Notes under the pieces: generated by a model | Told to the model about the DNA's origin: nothing | Seen by the model: only the letters and a program-made list of their open reading frames with translations | Databases searched by the model: none | In this document: one piece after another, positions 20,158 through 28,156 of the stretch | Layout: each line of letters opens with the position of its first letter | Numbering within the stretch: the first letter of the stretch is position 1 | Translations under genes and position numbers: made by a program | Assembly (NCBI GenBank): GCA_018814875.1 | Contig: JAHIYH010000045.1 | Coordinates: 13,316-77,315, forward strand | Direction of reading: 5' to 3' | Source of the DNA: Patescibacteria group bacterium | GTDB taxonomy: Bacteria; Patescibacteriota; Gracilibacteria; Peribacterales; Peribacteraceae | DNA: 64,000 nt

Positions 20158-23100
20158 ATGGAACCTTCTTCTGCCACAAAATCACACTCTACCCCAAGTT
20201 CTAAAGCAGGAAATCCATCTGCTGATATGCCCAAGACAGAAGGAAAAGGGCTTACGATCGAGAGGCGATTTACAACTCCGGGAAGTGATCCTCTGGAAGA
20301 AGTAACATACGAGAAGCGTCGCAGTTGTATTAGTAATTCTGATGGATCTGTAGTATTCGAGATGGATGGAGCAGAGATTCCTGTGGATTGGAGTCAGATG
20401 GCTACGGATATCATGGTCAGCAAATATTTTCGTAAGGCAGAAGTACCTCAAGTTGATGAACAGGGGAATGTTCTCAAAGATGATAAAGGTAATGTTGTTA
20501 CGGGCCCAGAACGCAGCGTAAAGCAAGTAGTGCGTCGTCTTTCGGGATGTTGGAGACATTGGGGTCAGCAGTATAATTACTTCGAGACAGCACAGGATGC
20601 GCAGGCCTTCGAGGATGAACTCAGTTACATGTTGGTTCATCAGATGGCAGCCCCAAACAGTCCTCAGTGGTTTAACACTGGATTAAATTATTCTTATGGC
20701 ATCACGGGTCCTGCGCAAGGACATCACTATTGTGACCCCAAAACAGGTGAGGTACAGCAGAGCATGGATGCGTACACTCATCCGCAGCCACATGCATGCT
20801 TCATTCAATCCGTTAGTGATGACATGGTAAATCCAGGAGGACTCATGGACTTGTGGGTTCGCGAAGCACGCTTGTTCAAATATGGATCAGGTACCGGCAC
20901 CAACTTTTCCGAGATTCGCGGATTTGGAGAGGCACTCTCCGGTGGAGGGGTAAGTAGTGGGCTGATGAGCTTCCTAAAGATTGGTGATCGCGCTGCTGGT
21001 GCTATCAAATCCGGTGGAACCACACGACGTGCCGCCAAAATGGTTACACTCAATCTGGATCATCCGGATATCGAGGAATTTATCGATTGGAAAGTAAAAG
21101 AAGAAAAGAAAGTAGCTGCAATGGCAGCTGCAGGATATTCGACAGACTTCAATAGCGAAGCGTATCAAACTGTTTCTGGTCAGAATTCCAATAACTCCGT
21201 TCGTGTTCCGCATTCGTTCTTCGAACAAGTGGAGAAAGATGGAGATTGGGATTTGTATTGGCGTACAGAGCTCAAGTGTGCTGCAAAAGAAGGGCGGACT
21301 CCACAGTCATGTAAGACACTAAAAGCGCGCGATCTATGGGAGAAAATTGGTTATGCGGCATGGGCGTGTGCAGATCCTGGAGTGCAATACGATACAACCA
21401 TTAATGATTGGCACACGTGTCCCAAAGACGGGCGCATCAATGCAAGTAATCCATGTAGCGAGTATATGTTCTTAGATAACACTGCGTGCAATCTAGCCTC
21501 GATCAACCTAATGAAATTCTACGACGAAGAGCATGGAACATTCGAGTTGGAAAAGTTCAAGCATGCTGTGCGCATTTGGACAATCGTTCTAGAGATTTCT
21601 GTTTTAATGGCGCAATTCCCAAGTGAAGAGATTGCAAAACTAAGTTATCAATTCCGAACACTTGGTTTGGGTTATGCAAATCTAGGTGCATTACTTATGC
21701 GTATGGGCATTCCATATGATTCCGATAACGGACGTGCACTTTGTGCAGCTATCACATCAATTCTTACTGGAGAGTCTTATGCAACATCCGCAGAAATGGC
21801 GAAGCACTTGGGTCCGTTCCCGCGCTTTGAACACAATCGTGAAGATATGTTGCGTGTGATCCGTAATCACAGGCGTGCTGCTTACAATGCGCCAGCTGCA
21901 GAATACGAAGAACTAAATGCACTCCCTGTAGGTATCGATCAGAAAATATGCCCTGCAGATCTTCTGGAGTCGGCCAAAGAATGTTGGGACAGAGCACTCG
22001 CTCAAGGAGAGAAGAACGGTTTTCGCAATGCACAGGTCAGCGTGATTGCACCTACTGGCACGATTGGGTTACTTATGGATTGTGATACCACAGGAGTTGA
22101 GCCGGATTTTGCACTCGTTAAATTCAAGAAACTTTCTGGTGGTGGATCTATGAAGATTATCAATCAGTCAGTTGCATCTTCTTTGAAAAAATTAGGACAC
22201 AGCGAACAAGAAATCTATGACATCATACGTTATGTCTCTGGTAGTTTGTCACTCGAAGGTGCACCGCACATAAATAGTCAATCGCTCAAAGACAAAGGAT
22301 GCACCGACGAGGACATTGCACAAATTGAAAAGACATTGCCCGGAGTCTTTGAACTTTCGTTCGCCTTCACGCGATTCATACTGGGTGATGAGGCCATGGA
22401 ACGTCTTGGCATTACTTCGGAGCAACTGGATGATCCGGCTTTCAATCTATTAAAGGAGCTCGGGTTCTCTAAAAAAGAGATCGAAGAAGCTAATATTTAC
22501 ATCTGTGGTCATATGACACTGGAAGGTGCTCCTTATATAAAGGATGAGAATCTCGCGGTCTTCGATTGTGCCAGCAAGTGTGGCAAGGATGGCAGGCGTT
22601 ACATATCTGCAGAAGGCCACATTCGCATGATGGCAGCAGTTCAGCCATTTATTACCGGATCCATTTCCAAGACCATCAATCTTCCACACGAAGCAACTGT
22701 GGAAGACATCAAACAGGCATATTTCCTCAGTTGGAAACTAGGGCTAAAATCGAACGCCCTATATAGGGATGGATGCAAACTAAGTCAGCCACTCTCTGTT
22801 TCTTCCGATAAAGAGAAAAAGGAGTTAAAGGAGAAAAAGGAAACAAAGGAGGTTGTTGAAAGGATTGTCATCAAAGAAGTACCGCGAAGGCGCAAACTTC
22901 CTGATGAGCGCATGTCTATTACTCACAAGTTCTCGGTTGCTGGGCACGAAGGATATTTGCATGTAGGGCTTTACGAAGATGGCACACCGGGCGAGATCTT
23001 TATCAAGATGAGTAAAGAAGGATCCACACTCTCTGGCGTTATGGATACTTTGGCTCTTAGTTTGTCCATGAACCTACAATATGGAGTACCTTTGGATGTT

Positions 23101-23565
23101 CTATGTCAGAAGCTTGTTCGTACACGCTTCGAACCGATGGGTATGACTATTAACAAAGAAATCCCAATGGTAAAAAGCCTGATGGACTATCTCGGTAGAT
23201 GGCTTGCGCTCAAGTTTCTTCCACGTGAACAGGCAGAACAATTCCACAATAAGGATTTGGTAAATCTTGCTTATACTGAGGGGACCAAGAGTAAAGATGC
23301 ATTTGCGATGCGGCTTCCTGTTGTAGATGAGGGGGCACAAGCTCAGACTCCAAAGCTGGATTTCGAAACAGCAGTGGAAAAGAAGACACGCGAAGAGGTA
23401 GTAGAGGCTTCCGAAGAAGTTGGAATTGTAGAAACAAAACTTACTATGGCGCGCCAACAGGGATTCACAGGTTCTATGTGTGGGAACTGTGGTTCTCTTA
23501 GGGTTAAAGCAAATGGTTCTTGCGAAGTTTGTTTGGATTGTGGGGGGACCTCTGGTTGTAGTTAG
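20158..23565 (+). CDS. nrdJ: adenosylcobalamin-dependent (class II) ribonucleotide reductase
   Basis: 1135 aa; NPCSEY active-site region, long-type NrdJ layout, C-terminal CxxC...CxxC tail (CGNCGS...CEVCLDCGG). Confidence 0.9.
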   Translation: MEPSSATKSHSTPSSKAGNPSADMPKTEGKGLTIERRFTTPGSDPLEEVTYEKRRSCISNSDGSVVFEMDGAEIPVDWSQMATDIMVSKYFRKAEVPQVDEQGNVLKDDKGNVVTGPERSVKQVVRRLSGCWRHWGQQYNYFETAQDAQAFEDELSYMLVHQMAAPNSPQWFNTGLNYSYGITGPAQGHHYCDPKTGEVQQSMDAYTHPQPHACFIQSVSDDMVNPGGLMDLWVREARLFKYGSGTGTNFSEIRGFGEALSGGGVSSGLMSFLKIGDRAAGAIKSGGTTRRAAKMVTLNLDHPDIEEFIDWKVKEEKKVAAMAAAGYSTDFNSEAYQTVSGQNSNNSVRVPHSFFEQVEKDGDWDLYWRTELKCAAKEGRTPQSCKTLKARDLWEKIGYAAWACADPGVQYDTTINDWHTCPKDGRINASNPCSEYMFLDNTACNLASINLMKFYDEEHGTFELEKFKHAVRIWTIVLEISVLMAQFPSEEIAKLSYQFRTLGLGYANLGALLMRMGIPYDSDNGRALCAAITSILTGESYATSAEMAKHLGPFPRFEHNREDMLRVIRNHRRAAYNAPAAEYEELNALPVGIDQKICPADLLESAKECWDRALAQGEKNGFRNAQVSVIAPTGTIGLLMDCDTTGVEPDFALVKFKKLSGGGSMKIINQSVASSLKKLGHSEQEIYDIIRYVSGSLSLEGAPHINSQSLKDKGCTDEDIAQIEKTLPGVFELSFAFTRFILGDEAMERLGITSEQLDDPAFNLLKELGFSKKEIEEANIYICGHMTLEGAPYIKDENLAVFDCASKCGKDGRRYISAEGHIRMMAAVQPFITGSISKTINLPHEATVEDIKQAYFLSWKLGLKSNALYRDGCKLSQPLSVSSDKEKKELKEKKETKEVVERIVIKEVPRRRKLPDERMSITHKFSVAGHEGYLHVGLYEDGTPGEIFIKMSKEGSTLSGVMDTLALSLSMNLQYGVPLDVLCQKLVRTRFEPMGMTINKEIPMVKSLMDYLGRWLALKFLPREQAEQFHNKDLVNLAYTEGTKSKDAFAMRLPVVDEGAQAQTPKLDFETAVEKKTREEVVEASEEVGIVETKLTMARQQGFTGSMCGNCGSLRVKANGSCEVCLDCGGTSGCS

Positions 23566-23620
23566 TTGATTACTTGATACTCTGCGCTTAGCCCGCAGGC
23601 GTAGCGCAGACACCTTTAAA

Positions 23621-23968
23621 ATGGAAGAACTTGATATCCCCATTCTTCGCAAATGTTATGATCTTTATAAGACCTTTCACGGACTGCGCGGTCTTGTATC
23701 CAAAGCAGACCGTTATACTCTTTGGCAAAGGTCGGAAAATCTGATCTTGGATGTTATCGAAGGTATTCTGTTTGCAAGTCAGCTTCCTAAGGCTAAAAAG
23801 CTGCCACACTTGGAACAAGTGAGTATGAAACTCAATATGCTTCGTATTTTTCTGCGTCTCACAAAAGAAACAAAGATACTCGATCTTAAGAAGTGTCTCC
23901 TCTTACAAGAGATAGTCGACGAAATTGGTAGAATGCTTGGAGGATGGATGAAATCAGTGAAGGACTAA
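23621..23968 (+). CDS. avd: Avd-like accessory variability determinant (small basic four-helix-bundle protein)
   Basis: 115 aa, helical and Lys/Arg-rich, distant relative of the IVS-protein family; TR starts 47 nt after its stop codon. Confidence 0.7.
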   Translation: MEELDIPILRKCYDLYKTFHGLRGLVSKADRYTLWQRSENLILDVIEGILFASQLPKAKKLPHLEQVSMKLNMLRIFLRLTKETKILDLKKCLLLQEIVDEIGRMLGGWMKSVKD

Positions 23969-23996
23969 AAAACTCCCTCTGTCAGATTGGAGGGAG
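23966..23996 (-). terminator. rho-independent terminator of the TR-sense (minus strand) transcript
   Basis: minus strand reads ctccct-N12-agggag followed by TTTTTT; no T-run on the plus strand. Confidence 0.6.
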
Positions 23997-24014
23997 TAGT
24001 AGAGATGGGGAGAA

Positions 24015-24131
24015 GGACTGCCGAGCGGCCGACAACCACAAGTTGTCATTGCGATTGTCATCCAAGTTTCAGTTGACGTTCACGCGACCCTCGTTGATAT
24101 CGAGTTCGACGTAGTTGTCATCAGGGAGCGC
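24015..24131 (-). other. DGR template repeat (TR), 117 nt
   Basis: aligns gap-free to VR1 and VR2; the minus-sense TR has 29 A; in-frame reading gives ALPDDNYVELDINEGRVNVN*NLDDNRNDNLWLSAARQS (AAC-rich, contains a stop, so non-coding). Confidence 0.9.
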
Positions 24132-24291
24132 TATTTGCCCATTCCCTTCTAGGAGCACTGGAAGTCGAGGTTTACTGTCTTACGACCTATATCCTCTTCT
24201 CCCTGTATTTCATTTGGGAGCAATCCCGCGCATGCGGGATACCTCCACTAGAAATGAGCAAGAAGTTCTTCTCGATCTCAGCTCACTCGCT

Positions 24292-24538
24292 ATCGTGCTC
24301 CATAGAGACACGTTACTCTGGTGAGTTTCCACAATCGCTATCCGCTTAGTGGTAGCAGAGATGAGGTGCACTGCGAGACGAAATCGTAATCTCGGCTACA
24401 AAAGCATTGCACATATTGAGTATATCAAAAAAAGAACCCCCGCGAAAAAAATGTCGCGGAGGTTCCAGCCTTCGCCTATCGGCTACGGCCGGCAGGCAAG
24501 GTGTCAAAAGGGTCAAGCCCTCAAGACTTCAAGGTTCA
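24292..24538. repeat. conserved 3' flank of target gene 1 (copy a of ~247-bp repeat)
   Basis: about 6 mismatches in 247 nt versus 25437..25683 by hand alignment; contains terminator and GC-rich element 24466..24500. Confidence 0.85.
24427..24465 (-). terminator. rho-independent terminator of target gene 1
   Basis: minus strand gaacctccgcga-N8-tcgcgggggttc followed by TTTTTTT. Confidence 0.7.
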
Positions 24539-25225
24539 GGACTTCCGAGCGGCCGACAGCCACAAGTGGCCATAGCGACCGCCACCCAAGCCGCAGACGA
24601 CGACCACGCGACCCCCGTCGATATCGAGCGCGACGTAGTCGCCATCAGGGAGCGCTTCTTCGCAACGACACCAGTCGTTTCTCAGGAGATCGTCGCCAAC
24701 CTCCGTCAGATGGACAAGTAGGGCTGTCGCGGCGACACAAACAGGTGCCGGTTGCCATTCAGCGTCAATACCGGACAGATGTTCAGTCTGCTCACTCCAT
24801 TTTTTGCGGTTCGAGTTCGGAACAGGTAGTAGTAGACGGTAATAGCCCGACTCTGCTTTCCATTCGTGCTGCTCGTACCAGTCCTGATCTTGCATCATGC
24901 GCTCTTGTCCAGCTTTGCTTTCGCGCAGCTCTTTTAGACTCCAACCACCGTAATAGATGACGACTTCGCCATCTTCGGGCTTCGGAGTTGGGACGTTGCA
25001 CTCTGCAGGCAGACCGAGGATACGGCTTACCGCAGTAGCATCGTAGACGATGCCATGCTGGGGACATCCTGCTTGCATGTGACGGACGAGACGTTGCATT
25101 TGAGACGGATCATCAATGCTCGGCTGAAGATCAGTCGAGAGATCGAGACCCTGCTTAGCAGCGCGTTCTGCCCATGCCAGCAGCTTCTTGGTAACAGCAA
25201 ATTCGTCGACAATAGGGTTAGCCAT
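24536..25225 (-). CDS. DGR variable protein 1 (229 aa from the ATG with RBS)
   Basis: aaggag RBS before ATG 25225 (ORF-track start 25282 unlikely); C-terminal 39 codons are VR1; paralog of 25681..26355; no N-terminal hydrophobic segment. Confidence 0.85.
   Translation of the reverse strand: MANPIVDEFAVTKKLLAWAERAAKQGLDLSTDLQPSIDDPSQMQRLVRHMQAGCPQHGIVYDATAVSRILGLPAECNVPTPKPEDGEVVIYYGGWSLKELRESKAGQERMMQDQDWYEQHEWKAESGYYRLLLPVPNSNRKKWSEQTEHLSGIDAEWQPAPVCVAATALLVHLTEVGDDLLRNDWCRCEEALPDGDYVALDIDGGRVVVVCGLGGGRYGHLWLSAARKS
24539..24655 (-). other. DGR variable region VR1
   Basis: 20 substitutions versus TR, all at TR adenines, plus 1 non-A difference and 1 in the terminal GC-rich IMH-like segment (hand count); encodes ALPDGDYVALDIDGGRVVVVCGLGGGRYGHLWLSAARKS*. 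Confidence 0.9.
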
Positions 25226-25329
25226 TATCGTTCTCCTTTTGTCCTCAAACCGTGAGGAACGGGCTTGCTCGGAATGAGACAAGCATGCTACGCCCTTTCA
25301 AAGGCACAGGACGCTTGTCTCAGTGAGAC

Positions 25330-25437
25330 CTTGACGATGCTCTGAAAGACCATCATTATATAGTTTATAACTAAATTCATATCTGTCAATGTTCGATTTT
25401 GTCCTATACTGCCAAATCTGTTTGTAAATATGGTTAA
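25330..25437. repeat. 108-bp repeat, copy a (5' region of target 1)
   Basis: identical by eye to 26488..26595; carries TTGACG-N17-CATTAT on the plus strand. Confidence 0.85.
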
Positions 25438-25683
25438 TCGTGCTCCATAGAGACACGTTACTCTGGTGAGTTTCCACAATCGCTATCCGCTTAGTGGTAG
25501 CAGAGATGAGGTGCACTGCGAGACGAAATTGTAATCTCGGCTTCAATAGCATTACACATATCAAGTATATCAAAAAAAGAACCCCCGCGAAAAAAATGTC
25601 GCGGAGGTTCCAGCCTTCGCCTATCGGCTACGGCCGGCAGGCAAGGTGTCAAAAGGGTCAAGCCCTCAAGACTTCAAGGTTCA
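25437..25683. repeat. conserved 3' flank of target gene 2 (copy b)
   Basis: see 24292..24538. Confidence 0.85.
25572..25610 (-). terminator. rho-independent terminator of target gene 2
   Basis: same hairpin plus T-run as 24427..24465. Confidence 0.7.
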
Positions 25684-26355
25684 GGACTTCCGAGCGGCCG
25701 ACAACCACAAGTTGCCACGGCGATTGCCATCCAAGAAGCAGTAGACGTACACGCGACCCTCGTGGATATCGAGTACGACGTAGAGGCCATCAGGGAGCGC
25801 CTCTTCGCAACGACACCAGTCGTTTTTGAGAAGATCGTTTCTGGTCTCCTTCAAATGAACGAGCAGGGTGGAAGCGCAGAGTGCAACTGGAGCAACTTCT
25901 TCACCAGGCAGAAGGAGATCCTTCTGTTCGGTTAAGTTTTTCCTGTTGCTGTCCGGCACTGGCAAACGGACACGGTAGATGCCCGCCGTCAGCTTCGCAC
26001 TTGCGCAGTCGTACTTGTCGTACCAATCCTGCTGGTGCATCAGCTCCTTGCCGACCTCACAGTCACGCAGATCTTGCAAAGACCAGTCTCCGACGCGGAT
26101 AATGATCTCGTCAGGTGCGGGTTCTGGGAGCGGTTCCGTACTCGCTTCTCCGAAGCCGAGGATTGCAATGGCATCGTAGGTGAAGGACGGAAGTCGCACC
26201 GGCCACACGTCTGCAAGACGTTGCATAGAAGCAGCGTCAGCGTCGAGCATGGCAAGCCATCGCTCTGGCGTGATACCCGCCTCTTGGAGTCGCTTTAGGC
26301 CTGTCGTAATCTTCTTCTGTGGCAGACCAGTCAAGCTTGTTGCGGCGGTCTTCAT
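25681..26355 (-). CDS. DGR variable protein 2 (224 aa)
   Basis: aaggag RBS; C-terminal VR2; roughly half of residues shared with protein 1 over the C-terminal ~150 aa (GDWSL..L, QDWY, LPVP.SNRK, NDWCRCEEALPDG). Confidence 0.85.
   Translation of the reverse strand: MKTAATSLTGLPQKKITTGLKRLQEAGITPERWLAMLDADAASMQRLADVWPVRLPSFTYDAIAILGFGEASTEPLPEPAPDEIIIRVGDWSLQDLRDCEVGKELMHQQDWYDKYDCASAKLTAGIYRVRLPVPDSNRKNLTEQKDLLLPGEEVAPVALCASTLLVHLKETRNDLLKNDWCRCEEALPDGLYVVLDIHEGRVYVYCFLDGNRRGNLWLSAARKS
25684..25800 (-). other. DGR variable region VR2
   Basis: 14 substitutions versus TR, all at TR adenines, plus the shared IMH-like difference; encodes ALPDGLYVVLDIHEGRVYVYCFLDGNRRGNLWLSAARKS*. Confidence 0.9.
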
Positions 26356-26487
26356 GAGATTCTCCTTTACCCCTTAGGGGCATACAAGTATTACCGATTG
26401 TACCGTCGGCTCGGACTTACTCGGAAACGAGACAAGCACCCTATGCACTGCAAAAAATACACAGAGCGCTTGTCTCTTTACATGAAT

Positions 26488-26595
26488 CTTGACGATGCTC
26501 TGAAAGACCATCATTATATAGTTTATAACTAAATTCATATCTGTCAATGTTCGATTTTGTCCTATACTGCCAAATCTGTTTGTAAATATGGTTAA
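26488..26595. repeat. 108-bp repeat, copy b (divergent region between target 2 and RT)
   Basis: identical by eye to 25330..25437. Confidence 0.85.
26489..26517 (+). promoter_or_regulatory. candidate promoter for the RT gene
   Basis: TTGACG - 17 nt - CATTAT, about 85 nt upstream of RT ATG; the same motif is duplicated at 25331..25359. Confidence 0.4.
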
Positions 26596-26603
26596 ATGAA
26601 CAA

Positions 26604-27653
26604 ATGAAAGTATATAGAAACATCTTTGAACGGATCATTTCGATGGAGAACATTTTTACTGCGTGGGAGGAGTTTCGTAAAGGAAAGCAAGCACGAATGG
26701 ATGTGCAGCAGTTTGAGCGCCACCTTGAACAAAATCTTTTTCAATTACACAGGGAACTTTCGGGCGGCACCTATAAACATCAACCCTATAGTGCCTTTAC
26801 AATCTGTGATCCAAAACAACGTCATATTCACAAAGCATCTGTTCGTGATCGTATCGTTCACCATGCCGTATTCTCTGTTCTCAATCCGATTTTCGAGCCG
26901 ACGTTTATTGCTCATTCTTTCTCGTGTAGAAAGGACAAAGGTACACACAAAGCAGTAGATGCGCTGGAACGAATGTTGCGTAAGGAAAGCAGAAATAATA
27001 GCCGTACCTGTTTTGCCCTTCAGTGTGATATCAGCAAATTTTTCGATTCTGTGTCGCACCCAATTCTAAAATCCCAGATCACAAAGCGCATCCGTGATAG
27101 AGATGTCCTCTTACTGATGGATGAAATAATCGGTAGCTTCACTGCTCCGCAATTCGATACCGTTTCGCAGTCTGGCATTCCCATTGGGAATCTCACGTCA
27201 CAGCTCTTTGCCAACGTGTACCTCAATGCCTTGGATCAATTTATGAAGCATGAATTGAAGGTATGTCACTATGCACGCTACACTGACGATTTTGTGATCG
27301 TATCTACAGATCGTGTGTATCTACAATCTCTCATTAAGACTATTGGATCATTCCTCCAACAGGAACTTTCTCTTGATCTGCATCCACGCAAGGTCACAAT
27401 CCGAAAGTTCACACAGGGTATAGATTTTCTTGGATATGTACTTCTTCCTCATCATCGGGTTCTGCGCACACGCACAAAACATCGCATGTTTCGCAAGCTT
27501 CATAAGAGGGCATCGATACATAAAACAGGATCGGAAACCGCTGAAAGTGTTGAGCAATCTCTGTATTCGTATCTTGGTGTTCTCTCTCATGCCAACACCT
27601 ACAGGCTTCGCTCCAAACTTCTCAATCATTATTGGTTCTGGATGACGGAGTAG
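26604..27653 (+). CDS. DGR-type reverse transcriptase
   Basis: RT motifs 1-7 with IGNLTSQ (the I/LGxxxSQ DGR signature in place of the group II QGxxxSP) and YTDDF (YxDD); 349 aa, no maturase or endonuclease domain. Confidence 0.9.
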   Translation: MKVYRNIFERIISMENIFTAWEEFRKGKQARMDVQQFERHLEQNLFQLHRELSGGTYKHQPYSAFTICDPKQRHIHKASVRDRIVHHAVFSVLNPIFEPTFIAHSFSCRKDKGTHKAVDALERMLRKESRNNSRTCFALQCDISKFFDSVSHPILKSQITKRIRDRDVLLLMDEIIGSFTAPQFDTVSQSGIPIGNLTSQLFANVYLNALDQFMKHELKVCHYARYTDDFVIVSTDRVYLQSLIKTIGSFLQQELSLDLHPRKVTIRKFTQGIDFLGYVLLPHHRVLRTRTKHRMFRKLHKRASIHKTGSETAESVEQSLYSYLGVLSHANTYRLRSKLLNHYWFWMTE

Positions 27654-27678
27654 CACTATTTGGTGGTAAACTAAAAAC

Positions 27679-28086
27679 ATGTCACACTGGTTAGATCTCC
27701 TTCCCTCAAATGAAAAGGCAAAAATTCGTTCCAAGCTTAGGAGCCCCGAAGCATACGAAAGGTTACGCGAAAGTGTGAAGGGTCCTGAGGATCTGGAACG
27801 TGAAATGAAAGTAAACGAGTCTTTTGCTTCTATCAGTTTCCAGTTAGAGACACAGCCTAAATTAAAAGAAGAACTTAAAGATCAAGTACTTAAAGATATT
27901 GATGCACATGGTATAGAAGAAGTTTTGGAATCATCAATCGAAGTAGGAGGGGAGTTTGAAGTTTTGATTGAAGAGAACCCAGATACACACGAGGATCAGT
28001 TGGTAGTTTCGCCGGAGGGGAATGTTTCTGAATCTATTCCTATAAAATCCTCTTATAGTGAGAAATATTTATCTATGTTTGGTTGA
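27679..28086 (+). CDS. hypothetical acidic protein (135 aa)
   Basis: clean ORF 25 nt after RT stop, same strand; no recognisable domain. Confidence 0.5.
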   Translation: MSHWLDLLPSNEKAKIRSKLRSPEAYERLRESVKGPEDLEREMKVNESFASISFQLETQPKLKEELKDQVLKDIDAHGIEEVLESSIEVGGEFEVLIEENPDTHEDQLVVSPEGNVSESIPIKSSYSEKYLSMFG

Positions 28087-28088
28087 TT

Positions 28089-28156
28089 TTAGCTTCTAGC
28101 TTCTAGCTTATAGGCATCGTACTTCTCGTACCCTAACAGCTAAAAACTAGAAGCTG
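28089..28156. repeat. hairpin with (AGCTTCT)n arms
   Basis: ttagcttctagcttctagct ... agctaaaaactagaagctga. Confidence 0.6.

Larger units (their letters stand above)
23621..27653. mobile_element. diversity-generating retroelement (avd, TR, two VR-bearing targets, RT)
   Basis: TR/VR triplet with adenine-specific mismatches plus DGR-type RT and Avd-like gene; see component features. Confidence 0.9.

Noticed and set aside
24349-24960. 203-aa plus-strand ORF (and the similar 25494..25829 and 24407..24721 ORFs) rich in Arg, Ser and Pro
   Set aside because: They run antisense to the well-supported target genes and through the conserved non-coding flank and terminator. Their composition is the typical artefact of reading GC-rich DNA in the wrong frame.
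26604-27653. RT as a group II intron or retron RT
   Set aside because: There is no maturase (X) or endonuclease domain, no domain V/VI-like RNA and no msr/msd-type inverted repeats. Motif 4 is IGNLTSQ (DGR type), and a TR/VR system with adenine-specific mismatches lies alongside.
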